DNA of 64,000 nt from an uncultured Pseudomonadota bacterium (lineage in GTDB: Bacteria; Bdellovibrionota_C; UBA2361; CALMIO01). Position 1 is the first letter of the stretch; each line of letters opens with the position of its first letter. Shown in pieces: positions 1-8,921 of this stretch. The notes below the pieces were generated by a model. The model searched no databases. It worked only from the letters and a program-made list of their open reading frames with translations, and was not told the origin of the DNA. A program made the translations under genes and the position numbers. The DNA lies in the NCBI GenBank assembly GCA_937864035.1, contig CALMIO010000011.1, positions 13,957 through 77,956 of the forward strand, given 5' to 3'.

Positions 1-14
1 CAAAGGAGAAAAAG

Positions 15-770
15 CTAGTCATATTTAATAAAATCGGTTGAGTCTGGAATATCCATGGCGAAAACCGCCGGCGATACCTCCTTGTTCCGCTCTTTAATAT
101 CCAAAACTATCGTTATCTTATTGCCACTTTCATCAAGGCTCTCAACGCCAAGAGGAATCTTATCCGCCACCGAAAACAAAATTGCCAAACGAGAACTCGA
201 AGCTCGCTCTGCCTCATCCCCCTTTTTAGATGGTTTTTCTCTTGGCTTAAACTCACAAAGCAAAGTTGACAACGGCTTTAGCTGATAACGCTCTAATCTT
301 TTATCGTCAAGCTGGCAACAACCCATCAGCCGCAATGATTTCTCAAGCTCACCAACCCCAATCAAAAAAGCGACCGGCGCCTCTGGCAAAAAAAGATCCT
401 TAATATCTCTAACGCTAAGCTGTCGATCTATAGGCGAATAGTGATAAATCTTTGCTGAACGCATTAAATACTCTTGCGGCTCAGGCTCAGCATAACTAAA
501 ACGAGCCAAATCAGGCTTCACGAACCAAACTTTGCCGCGACTTACCTCGCTAAAATCAAGAGCGCCATAATCGGAAAATTGCAAAAAATCTCCGGCGACC
601 GAAAATACCTTGCGGTAACTTACCTGCGCCTCCCCCACAAATTTAGAGCTGGCGGAAAAATCCAAGCGGGACGACGCCCCCGCGCAAAAATAATTCTCTG
701 CCAACAACCGACCACAGATAAAAAAAGAAAAGAAAGCAATCTTTACTGTTATTTTAAGTAGGGACAACAC
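15..770 (-). CDS. LolA-like outer-membrane lipoprotein carrier protein (periplasmic chaperone)
   Basis: 251-aa ORF. N-terminal signal peptide (MLSLLKITVKIAFFSFFICGRLLA). The core GKVWFVKPDLARFSYAEPEPQEYLMRSAKIYHYSPIDRQLSV matches the LolA/LppX fold motif (GtLWvkrPnlFrwe..P.eq.ivsDGktlWfYdP). Lies beside lipoprotein-processing genes. Confidence 0.6.
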   Translation of the reverse strand: MLSLLKITVKIAFFSFFICGRLLAENYFCAGASSRLDFSASSKFVGEAQVSYRKVFSVAGDFLQFSDYGALDFSEVSRGKVWFVKPDLARFSYAEPEPQEYLMRSAKIYHYSPIDRQLSVRDIKDLFLPEAPVAFLIGVGELEKSLRLMGCCQLDDKRLERYQLKPLSTLLCEFKPREKPSKKGDEAERASSSRLAILFSVADKIPLGVESLDESGNKITIVLDIKERNKEVSPAVFAMDIPDSTDFIKYD

Positions 771-1050
771 CTCTAAAACCGACTCCTAAAAATTTATTAA
801 CAACAAATCTATATTAAAATTTCACCGCATAATATACAGCAACGGCGACAAAACTAAAACCGCAACAAAACAAAAGAATTACCAATTTAATCGGGTAATT
901 TTCAGAAAAAAGAGAAAGTAGCCATAAAAGCTTGTTTATATGTATCATAAAAACAACAATCTTGACTTTCAATTGGCAATCATAAGATTCTTTTTCGAAT
1001 CCAAAGTCTAGTTTATTAAAAATTAAGATATTTTTCGGAAAACCAAAACA

Positions 1051-2601
1051 ATGTCGATCGAAGAGCTAAAAAAAAGAGAACAACTCGCCGAAGAGGGCGG
1101 CGGCGCAGATAAACAAGTAAAAATCAAAGAAAGTGGCAAACTGACAGCACGCCAGAGAATTGATCACCTTTTAGATCAAGGGTCGTTCGTTGAAGTCGAT
1201 AAATTCGTCACCCACCGTTCGCAAAACTTCGGCCTTGATAAGAAAAAATTTTATGGCGATGGAGTAATTACTGGCTGGGGCACTTTAAACAAACGCACCG
1301 TATTCGTCTTCTCGCAAGATGCAACCGTTTTTGGCGGCGCCTTGTCATCGGCTCACGCCGCTAAAATCTGCAAAATAATGGATCTCGCTAAAAAAAATGG
1401 CGCCCCAATTATAGGCATTAACGACTCGGGTGGAGCCAGAATACAAGAAGGAGTAGAGAGTTTGGCCGGCTACGCTGACATCTTCTTGCGAAACACCATC
1501 TATTCAGGTTGCGTGCCGCAAATATCTATTATTTTAGGCGCTTGCGCCGGTGGAGCGGTTTATTCGCCGGCAATCACAGACTTTGTTTTAATGTCAAGCG
1601 GGGCAAGCCATATGTTTATTACCGGCCCCGACGTGATCAAGGCGGTAACGCGCGAACAGGTTGACAAAGAATCGCTGGGTGGAGCCGCAGTGCACAGCGA
1701 AAAAAGCGGAGTAACTCATCTTGTCGGAGCAAACGAAAAAGAAACTCTAGATCTCTGCAAGTTACTCCACAGCTATATTCCGGATCACAATAATCAGAAA
1801 CCAGCCAAACAACCCTTTCAAGAGAAACAAGATCCCTTTTCCCGCCTCAGCCAAATCATCCCAAACGAACACAGTAAAACATATAACGTTAAAGAGGTTA
1901 TTTTAGATCTATGCGACGATAAAAGCTTTTTAGAGCTACAACCAGAATTTGCTAAAAATATCGTTATCGGTTTCGCGCGCTTAGGCGGCGCGGCGATCGG
2001 CGTAGTCGCCAACCAGCCGCAATATCTAGCAGGTTGCCTTGATATTAACGCTAGCTCCAAAGCGGCGCGCTTTGTTAGATTTTGCGATTGTTTTAACATT
2101 CCTATACTGACTTTAGTTGATGTCCCCGGATTTCTTCCCGGCGTCAATCAAGAACATGGCGGCATTATCCGCCACGGAGCGAAACTTCTTTACGCCTATG
2201 CCGAAGCGACCGTTCCAAAAGTAACCCTTATTCTTCGCAAAGCTTACGGCGGCGCTTACGACGTTATGAGTTCCAAACATCTGCGCGGAGACGTTAATTA
2301 TTCCCTGCCGGGAGCAGAGATCGCGGTCATGGGAGCCGAGGGCGCCGTCAACATCATATTCAAAAAAGAGTTGATGGAAGCAGAAAAAATTAACCCCGAA
2401 GAGTTCGCCCGCGAGCGAGAGCGTCTGACCGCCGAATATAAAAAGAAATTCGCAAATCCTTGGGTAGCCGCAGAACTTGGTTATATTGATGGAGTAATCA
2501 ATCCAGCAGAATCACGAAAACAGTTGATCTCCGCCTTTGCCATGCTTGAGCAGAAAGCAGATTCAAATCCTCCCAAAAAACATGGAAACATCCCTTTATA
2601 A
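1051..2601 (+). CDS. Acyl-CoA carboxylase carboxyltransferase subunit (propionyl-CoA carboxylase beta / methylmalonyl-CoA decarboxylase alpha-like)
   Basis: 516 aa. Diagnostic carboxyltransferase motifs: DSGGARIQEG, AYGGAYDVM, GWGTLNKRTVFVFSQDATVFGGAL. ATG start with a weak RBS. Confidence 0.9.
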   Translation: MSIEELKKREQLAEEGGGADKQVKIKESGKLTARQRIDHLLDQGSFVEVDKFVTHRSQNFGLDKKKFYGDGVITGWGTLNKRTVFVFSQDATVFGGALSSAHAAKICKIMDLAKKNGAPIIGINDSGGARIQEGVESLAGYADIFLRNTIYSGCVPQISIILGACAGGAVYSPAITDFVLMSSGASHMFITGPDVIKAVTREQVDKESLGGAAVHSEKSGVTHLVGANEKETLDLCKLLHSYIPDHNNQKPAKQPFQEKQDPFSRLSQIIPNEHSKTYNVKEVILDLCDDKSFLELQPEFAKNIVIGFARLGGAAIGVVANQPQYLAGCLDINASSKAARFVRFCDCFNIPILTLVDVPGFLPGVNQEHGGIIRHGAKLLYAYAEATVPKVTLILRKAYGGAYDVMSSKHLRGDVNYSLPGAEIAVMGAEGAVNIIFKKELMEAEKINPEEFARERERLTAEYKKKFANPWVAAELGYIDGVINPAESRKQLISAFAMLEQKADSNPPKKHGNIPL

Positions 2602-2642
2602 ATTTTTAAAACGTCTGGAACTCTTTCTAAAGCGAGATAAAC

Positions 2643-3812
2643 TTGAGAAATAACAGGCAAAAGATCTGGATATCAGCTGGAGAAATCTCGGGCGATGAAT
2701 ACGGAGCCAATCTGGCGCTCGCCTTAAAAGAAAAGTTTCCAAGTTGCGAGCTGGCTGGCATGGGAGGAAGCAACATGAGAGCGGCTGGCGTGCGAACGCA
2801 CATCGATTGCGAATCAACCGCCGCCACGATGGGTTTCGCCGAAGTTCTCAGAAAAGCCTCCGGACTTTACGCCGCCCTAAGCAGATTAGGAAGCGAAATG
2901 AAAAAAAACAAACCTAATCTTCTTATAACCATTGATTTTCCAGATTTCAACTTTAGACTAATTAAAAAAGCTCGCAAGCTCGCCATCCCCTGTCTTTACT
3001 TTATTACTCCAAAAGTTTGGGCGTGGCGCGAAAAAAGATGCTCATTTTTATCGGAAAAACTGTCGGCTTGCGCCGTTATTTTTCCCTTTGAAGAGGATTT
3101 TTTGCGAAAACGCGGGGTTAAAAATTGTTATTTTGTCGGGCACCCGCTTGCCGAAAGTCTACCAAAAATTAAACAAGATAGAACCAAAATCAGAGAGCGG
3201 CTTGGGATCGGTCAAAACCAAAAACTGCTCGCCATATTTTTAGGAAGTCGAGAAAGCGAAATCAAACGCCACTACCCCATCTTGAAAGATTCCGCCGAGC
3301 GACTGACCGCAAAATATCCAGATCTTTTAATAGCCGCTCCGCTAGCAAAGAACAACCTGACAGAAAAAATCAAATTTCCAAATCAGATCAACCTTAAAGA
3401 TTTCTCCAGCATTGAAATTTTATCCGCTGCTGACGCAGGACTTATCAAAAGCGGAACTTCTAACTTACAAGCTGCCCTGCTTGGCACTCCGTTTGCCATG
3501 TTTTACAAAGTAAACCAACTAACCGCCGTAATCGCCAGATTACTAATCAACCGTAGTGATTTCTCGATCGTTAACATCCTCTATCCAGAATCGGCGCCAG
3601 AATACGTTCAAGAAAATTGCACCTCGGCAAAATTATACGACGCGGCCGAGAAATTATTATTTAATGATGTTTGCCGATCACAGCAGCTAGCTAAATTCGC
3701 AAAAATTACCGAAATACTTAGCCAAGGGGTAACCGGAGAATTTCGCCACTTTAAAGGGGTATATCAACGAGTGGCGGAGCTCGCCAGTAGAATCATAAAC
3801 AGCGCGCCATAA
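2643..3812 (+). CDS. lpxB: Lipid-A-disaccharide synthase
   Basis: 389 aa. N-terminal KIWISAGEISGDEYGANLA is the LpxB signature (AGExSGD); length and the rest are consistent. TTG start immediately after the carboxyltransferase stop. Confidence 0.85.
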   Translation: MRNNRQKIWISAGEISGDEYGANLALALKEKFPSCELAGMGGSNMRAAGVRTHIDCESTAATMGFAEVLRKASGLYAALSRLGSEMKKNKPNLLITIDFPDFNFRLIKKARKLAIPCLYFITPKVWAWREKRCSFLSEKLSACAVIFPFEEDFLRKRGVKNCYFVGHPLAESLPKIKQDRTKIRERLGIGQNQKLLAIFLGSRESEIKRHYPILKDSAERLTAKYPDLLIAAPLAKNNLTEKIKFPNQINLKDFSSIEILSAADAGLIKSGTSNLQAALLGTPFAMFYKVNQLTAVIARLLINRSDFSIVNILYPESAPEYVQENCTSAKLYDAAEKLLFNDVCRSQQLAKFAKITEILSQGVTGEFRHFKGVYQRVAELASRIINSAP

Positions 3813-3866
3813 GAGGATAAAAACCAACAACAAACAGCAATATAATAATTTTGTTGTTTATAAAAA

Positions 3867-3900
3867 AAGAGCCAAGCTTTTTAAGGCTTGGCTCTTTTTG
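3867..3900. terminator. Bidirectional rho-independent terminator
   Basis: 10-bp stem (A)GAGCCAAGC...GCTTGGCTC(T) with an 8-nt loop, followed by TTTTTG on the plus strand and preceded by AAAAAAA (a T-run on the minus strand). Serves lpxB on plus and the minus-strand micro-ORF. Confidence 0.6.
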
Positions 3901-3965
3901 TGTGAAACTTGTGTAAAGAGGATTACAACAATCTAACTCCTCTTTACCACCAACTGAGAACGCTA

Positions 3966-4037
3966 CTATCTTTTTTTCTTCTTAGCAGCTTTCTTGGTGG
4001 ATTTTTTGGCTTTACTAGCCTTTTTCTTTGTTGCCAT
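3966..4037 (-). CDS. Micro-ORF encoding a 23-aa poly-lysine peptide (MATKKKASKAKKSTKKAAKKKKR)
   Basis: Not in the ORF track because it is under 60 aa. Perfect RBS GGAG 7 nt upstream of the ATG (GGAGAAAAAAATG), mixed Lys codons (AAA/AAG), TAG stop, and the bidirectional terminator directly downstream. An in-frame upstream ATG would add MEKK. Confidence 0.4.
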   Translation of the reverse strand: MATKKKASKAKKSTKKAAKKKKR

Positions 4038-4156
4038 TTTTTTCTCCATCAAATTAAAAAAGCAAAAGCGATTGAAAAATTTTTGCGACTCTCCTTCCTA
4101 AATTTTTAGTTGCAGAGTTTTTTGTCAATCACTGCTTTTATAAAGTTTATTAACAT

Positions 4157-4175
4157 ACTTGCGCTTTGCGCAAGT
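4157..4175. promoter_or_regulatory. 19-bp perfect palindrome ACTTGCGCTTTGCGCAAGT, candidate transcription-factor operator
   Basis: The exact reverse complement equals itself. Sits in the AT-rich 410-bp spacer between the micro-ORF start (4037, minus) and the eno start (4451). Confidence 0.3.
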
Positions 4176-4450
4176 ACACAATTCAACTTTGCCACTGGAA
4201 AGAAAAGTTTGCAATATCTTTTTTCAAAGATGTTATTTTTTTTAAACTCCTCTGATCAGACAATCAACAACTCTCTCTTGCCAATAGAATACAGAACACT
4301 CCAAAACGATCTGAGTGTTCTTATTATTCTCTATCGGAGAACGCAACAGTTGACTTTAGCTATTTATAGCTAAGAGAGTATGTTGTATGCTTGCGTTAAA
4401 AGAGAACGTCTCTTTTTTAGAAACATTTAGATCTATACTATATATATTAT

Positions 4451-5731
4451 ATGTCGCTCGCTCAAAAAAATCCGCTCTTAACCTCTTTAATCGCGTTTGA
4501 AGCTCTGGATTCCCGCGGAATGCCAACAGTTGGTTGTCTTGCGAAATCAAATTCTGAAATATCCGAAATAGCGCTTGTTCCAAGCGGCGCTAGCACCGGA
4601 GAACATGAAGCGCTAGAGCTTAGAGATGGAGACAAAACCCGTTTTCTTGGCAAAGGGGTCAAACAGGCGTGCCAAAACATAGATCAAAAAATTGCGCCCA
4701 CCCTGATTGGCTCAGATCTGCTCGATCTACGGGGAATTGATCGTAAACTTTTAAAACTTGACGGAACTGATAATAAGTCAAATTTAGGAGCTAACGCGAC
4801 CTTGGCCGCCAGCTTGGCGTGCGCTAGGCTTGGTGCGCGTGTTGCCGATCAACCACTTTTTAAGTATCTGCGAGCCTTTCTGCCGCCAACCGATGATCAA
4901 TTTAAAACGCCAATACCTCTGGTAAACGTTATTAACGGCGGAGCACACGCCACAAACTCGTTAGACTTTCAAGAATTTATGCTAGCCCCAATGATCTCCG
5001 ATAAATTTTCCGAAAACATCAGAGCCGCCGCTGAAGTTTTTCACGTCCTTAAGAAAAATCTCGCCGGCAAAAAACACGCGACCGCCGTTGGCGACGAAGG
5101 GGGTTTCGCGCCAAATCTAAACTCATCGGAAGAAACTTTAGATATTCTATGCGAAAGTATCGAACTTGCCGGCTACCAGACCGGCAAAGATATCTTTCTT
5201 GCCCTAGATGTCGCTGCCAGTGAAATGTACGACAAAGATTTAAATTGTTACGTTTTTAAAAAAAGCTCCGGCGAAAAGCTGAGCGTGAAAGATATGATTA
5301 AACTATACCAACAACTCGCCTCCAAGTATCCATTGATTAGCATTGAAGATGGTCTTGCCGAAGACGACTGGAACGGCTGGCAAGAGTTGACAGCTACTCT
5401 CGGATCAAAACTGAAAATTGTTGGCGACGACCTGTTTGTAACCAACAGCGCCAGACTTCAGCGAGGAATCGAGCAAAGGGCCGCAAATTCAATATTAATC
5501 AAGTTAAATCAGATCGGCACCGTCAGCGAAACCTTAGATACTATTATTTTAGCCTCTCAAAACGGTTTTTCTTCAATCATATCGCATCGCTCAGGCGAGA
5601 CAGAAGATACCTCAATCGCTGACTTAGCGGTTGCAACTAACGCTCAATTCATCAAAACTGGCTCAGTAGCCCGCTCGGAGCGCACCGCAAAATACAATCG
5701 ACTACTGTTTATCGAAAAGTTCCTTTTATAA
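4451..5731 (+). CDS. eno: Enolase (phosphopyruvate hydratase)
   Basis: 426 aa with full-length enolase similarity: SRGMPTVGCLAKS..., SGASTGEHEALELRDGD, IKLNQIGTVSETLD, SHRSGETEDT. Confidence 0.95.
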   Translation: MSLAQKNPLLTSLIAFEALDSRGMPTVGCLAKSNSEISEIALVPSGASTGEHEALELRDGDKTRFLGKGVKQACQNIDQKIAPTLIGSDLLDLRGIDRKLLKLDGTDNKSNLGANATLAASLACARLGARVADQPLFKYLRAFLPPTDDQFKTPIPLVNVINGGAHATNSLDFQEFMLAPMISDKFSENIRAAAEVFHVLKKNLAGKKHATAVGDEGGFAPNLNSSEETLDILCESIELAGYQTGKDIFLALDVAASEMYDKDLNCYVFKKSSGEKLSVKDMIKLYQQLASKYPLISIEDGLAEDDWNGWQELTATLGSKLKIVGDDLFVTNSARLQRGIEQRAANSILIKLNQIGTVSETLDTIILASQNGFSSIISHRSGETEDTSIADLAVATNAQFIKTGSVARSERTAKYNRLLFIEKFLL

Positions 5732-5743
5732 CTAAAAACTAGC

Positions 5744-7444
5744 TTGCCGAGGATTATTCAATCAAAAGACATACTTCGGATCGCGAATTCCGCTCTTTGC
5801 GGCTTATGGCTAGGAGTCTCCTGGCTATACCCGATAAACACAACCGGAGCGATTTTAAGTTGGATCTTCGCGGCGCACCTAATTCATATTATTCAGAAAC
5901 AAAAAACAACTTACAAAGAGCTAGTTATAATTGGCATCGTCTCTCAAACAATCGGCTTTTATTGGCTCTATCCAACAATCTCAACCTTCAGCGGGCTCCC
6001 GACCCCAATTCCATTAGTTGTTTTCGCTCTTTTCGCTTTATTCGCTACAGGACAATTCGCCTTTACCCTCTGGCTATATCGCGCCATAAACAACGCCCTG
6101 CCAACAGTCAAAAGCCGCGCCGCCAACGAACATAACAAAGCATCCCCATTTAAAAACATATTATCCGTAACTACAGCTTGGCTGATCGCGGAGTTAATTT
6201 ATTTTAAAATCTTTCCTTGGAAAATTGGACACACCCAAATCGCCCTGCCAATCTTTGTCCAATCCGCCGACCTATTAGGACCAAGTTTAATTACGGTTAT
6301 TATCTTCTGGTCCACTGCCAGCCTGATTGAATTATTAAAAACACCTGCCAAATGGCGGAAATTAGACCACCCTCGCCTGCTGTTTGCAAGTTTATTGCTT
6401 AGTTCAATCCTGCCTTGTGCCGTTAATTTATACTATGGCAAAAAACAGATCGCATATTATAGCCGGCTAGCCCAAGAGCAAAAAAATAGCTTTATTAAAA
6501 TTAATCTTGCTCAAGCTAACATCTCTCTTTTTGAAAAACATCAGGAAGATAGCCTTATACTCAATATTGAAAAACATATCCCTCTTAGCCAAGCAGATGC
6601 CGATCTATACATCTGGCCAGAAACAGCTATTACTTCATGGTTCCCAAGCTCAATTCGCTCCAGATCCGAGAGTAATGCCGCGATCTTTGATCAGATATTA
6701 AAAAAAATAGAACTAGCCAAAACGCAAAACAAAAACCAACTCCAACGGGACAACTTCGCGCTAATAGTTGGCGCTTTGTCGTATGAGGCAAATGAGCGTC
6801 AAAAGGAACAAAAAGAGAGTTTACACAACTCTGTCTTTGCCGTTTTAAATAGCGAAGAAATTCTCCCTCCTTACCATAAAAAAATCTTGATGCCTTTTGG
6901 AGAATACATGCCTCTTGCCAAACTTTTCCCCTTCTTAAAAAAACTAAACCGCGTGGTCGGCGACTTTAGCGGTGGCAGAGAGCAGGTAATTTTTAATCTC
7001 GAAAAGATCTCGGCGAATTTAAAACTTGCACCCCTAATCTGTTACGAAGACGTTATCCCATCAATGGCGGAAGCGGCTACCCGCAAAGGAGCTACTCTGC
7101 TGGTCAACCTTACGAATGATGGTTGGTTTGGCGAGTCGCTAGCGCCTATACAGCATCATCAGATTGCCTCCTTTCGGGCGATTGAAAACAGAAGATACTT
7201 GGCACGGGCGACCAACACTGGACTAAGTGGTATTGTAAACCCGATCGGACAAACGGTCAAAATGGCGGAGCAGTTTCGCCCAGCCTCACTTGAGGGTGAA
7301 GTACTATTATTAAATAATCAAACGATGTTTATAAAAATCGGTGGTGAATCGACAATAAAAATATTTTCTCTCTTAGTAGGAGTTCTTTTAATTATTAAAG
7401 AGATTTCTAAACTACGTTCGAAAAAAATAAATAATTTCTCTTAG
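5744..7444 (+). CDS. lnt: Apolipoprotein N-acyltransferase
   Basis: 566 aa. Multi-TM N-terminus followed by a CN-hydrolase domain (LAPLICYEDVIP, TNDGWFG). TTG start 13 nt after the eno stop. Confidence 0.8.
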   Translation: MPRIIQSKDILRIANSALCGLWLGVSWLYPINTTGAILSWIFAAHLIHIIQKQKTTYKELVIIGIVSQTIGFYWLYPTISTFSGLPTPIPLVVFALFALFATGQFAFTLWLYRAINNALPTVKSRAANEHNKASPFKNILSVTTAWLIAELIYFKIFPWKIGHTQIALPIFVQSADLLGPSLITVIIFWSTASLIELLKTPAKWRKLDHPRLLFASLLLSSILPCAVNLYYGKKQIAYYSRLAQEQKNSFIKINLAQANISLFEKHQEDSLILNIEKHIPLSQADADLYIWPETAITSWFPSSIRSRSESNAAIFDQILKKIELAKTQNKNQLQRDNFALIVGALSYEANERQKEQKESLHNSVFAVLNSEEILPPYHKKILMPFGEYMPLAKLFPFLKKLNRVVGDFSGGREQVIFNLEKISANLKLAPLICYEDVIPSMAEAATRKGATLLVNLTNDGWFGESLAPIQHHQIASFRAIENRRYLARATNTGLSGIVNPIGQTVKMAEQFRPASLEGEVLLLNNQTMFIKIGGESTIKIFSLLVGVLLIIKEISKLRSKKINNFS

Positions 7445-7617
7445 CAATTAACTATCTATCAATTCTGAATATTTTAAAAATCTCAGCCGATTAAAAACTT
7501 TAGCTCATCTAAATTTTGTTTACACAACAATACTATAAGGTATCATTTAATATTCTTTAATATTCAAGAAACAAGCTTGCTGTCTAACATGCTTATTAAA
7601 CATTAATTATTCTCGAT

Positions 7618-8343
7618 ATGTTAAAAACCGCAATCAAAAACCAAGAAAAAACTCTTTTCATTATCGCTATTGCCCTGGCAAGTATTCTGCCTATTGCCTG
7701 CTCAAGATCGGTTGAAAATGGTCCCGATAAAACGGTTGGGGGCGCTTTGCTTGGGGCCGGCTGGGGAGCGGGCGCTGGTTGGATTGTAGGCCATCAACTT
7801 GGCTATCCGGGTGAAGGAGCGGCAATCGGTTCCGGCTTTGGTTTCGTGCATGGAGCCTTAACCGGTCTAGGAATGGATCTGGCAGAAGATGAGATTTTTA
7901 ACCAAGAAAGATTGCTAGCTTCAATCAAAGTTAAAAATGGAGCTAACGCCAGACAACTTGCGCTGATTCAACGAAAACTTGATGGATCGCTAAGAAGCGA
8001 TCTAGGCTCCGGCATTTACCAAGTATTTTTCGATCCTGATGCCACTAGCATGCGAGGCGGATCAATAGCAAATCTAGAAGTTTTAGCTGAACATCTAAAA
8101 AGTGGATATACCTCCCAAACCATTAACGTCGTCGGACATAGCGACGATTCAGGAGATCCGGCTTATAACCGCAAGTTAGCAGACGCCAGAGCGCGCTCGG
8201 TCGCTGGTTACTTATCTTCTCGCGGCATTAGCTCCGATCGCATTAAGATCTTATCTTACGGAGCAGAGCGCCCAATTGCTTCAAATAACACCCAAACCGG
8301 CAGACAACTTAACAGGAGAGTTGACGTTTACGTTGGCAAATAA
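7618..8343 (+). CDS. OmpA-family lipoprotein with N-terminal glycine-zipper segment and C-terminal OmpA/MotB peptidoglycan-binding domain
   Basis: Signal peptide plus ILPIAC lipobox-like cysteine. Gly-zipper GGALLGAGWGAGAGWIVG. C-terminal NVVGHSDDSGDPAYNRKLADARARSVAGYL...RRVDVYV is the OmpA_C motif. Confidence 0.8.
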   Translation: MLKTAIKNQEKTLFIIAIALASILPIACSRSVENGPDKTVGGALLGAGWGAGAGWIVGHQLGYPGEGAAIGSGFGFVHGALTGLGMDLAEDEIFNQERLLASIKVKNGANARQLALIQRKLDGSLRSDLGSGIYQVFFDPDATSMRGGSIANLEVLAEHLKSGYTSQTINVVGHSDDSGDPAYNRKLADARARSVAGYLSSRGISSDRIKILSYGAERPIASNNTQTGRQLNRRVDVYVGK

Positions 8344-8344
8344 A

Positions 8345-8560
8345 AAAGAGCTCGCCCTCTGAAAAAGTAGATTTTTTAAGAAAAAATTTCTTTTAAAAAG
8401 TGGTAGATTTTAAAATTTTAAGAAGGTCCCTCGCAAGACATAAACAAGGTTGTAAGCGGCGCCAGCAAAAAGAGTGTTCATGAATCTGTCAAATTTTCCT
8501 TTAAGATAATTTTACAAGCCTACAGCGCCGCTTAAGATATCAGATAACAACTTCAACTTT
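8345..8560 (-). repeat. Intergenic mosaic repeat, copy D (inverted relative to copies A and B)
   Basis: Its reverse complement aligns with 15205-15290 (AAAGTTGAAGYTGTTATCT...TTAAAATTTTAAAATCTACCRCTTTTTAA). The 8440-8520 segment (GCGGCGCCAGCAAAAAGAG.GTTCAT.AATCTGTCAA.TTTTCC.TTAAGATAATTTT) is near-identical to 35825-35895 and related to 61615-61640. Confidence 0.6.
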
Positions 8561-8601
8561 AGGGAGTTCTCTAATAAAAATTCTCCCTATTTTTCTTTTT
8601 T
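8561..8601 (+). terminator. Rho-independent terminator (AGGGAG-16 nt loop-CTCCCT followed by ATTTTTCTTTTTT)
   Basis: 6-bp GC-rich stem with a T-run. About 220 nt downstream of the ompA-family gene and just past repeat copy D. Confidence 0.5.
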
Positions 8602-8854
8602 AACATTGGATTAAACACACAAAACCTCTCTGCCGCTTGATATCCTTTGTACTCAAGAAAAACAAGAGCTCCTAGCGTAAAGCTGTAACGCTCTCCAAAC
8701 TTCCTTGAAAATTTCTCTCAATCTATTTTTTTTGCTAACTTCACTAGCCGATGAGCCGCCTTGACTATTTTTCTCTTAATTCTCCTTCAAACAACAACCG
8801 CTGTCGACACTTCGAACTCTTTTGATTTTATATATCCGATAATTTCTTGCCTTT

Positions 8855-8921
8855 TTTGTAACTCTTCTTGAGCTTTATAATAACCTTTCACAGAGAACTA
8901 AAAAATAGCTCTTCTGCTAGC
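8855..8921 (+). repeat. Short direct-orientation fragment of the same repeat family (tail module)
   Basis: CTCTTCTTGAGCTTTATAATAACCTTTCACAGAGAACT matches the tail of copy C (reverse complement of 35590-35640: CTCTTCTTGAAAAAAAAATACCATTTTTCACAGAGAGCT) and the copy A tail (15440-15470). Confidence 0.4.

Noticed and set aside
4110-4373. 87-aa plus-strand ORF and 75-aa minus-strand ORF (4356-4583) in the eno upstream spacer
   Set aside because: Both lie in AT-rich, low-complexity sequence without RBS. The minus-strand ORF overlaps the eno start, and the translations are Phe/Leu/Ile/Asn-rich as expected for random AT-rich DNA.
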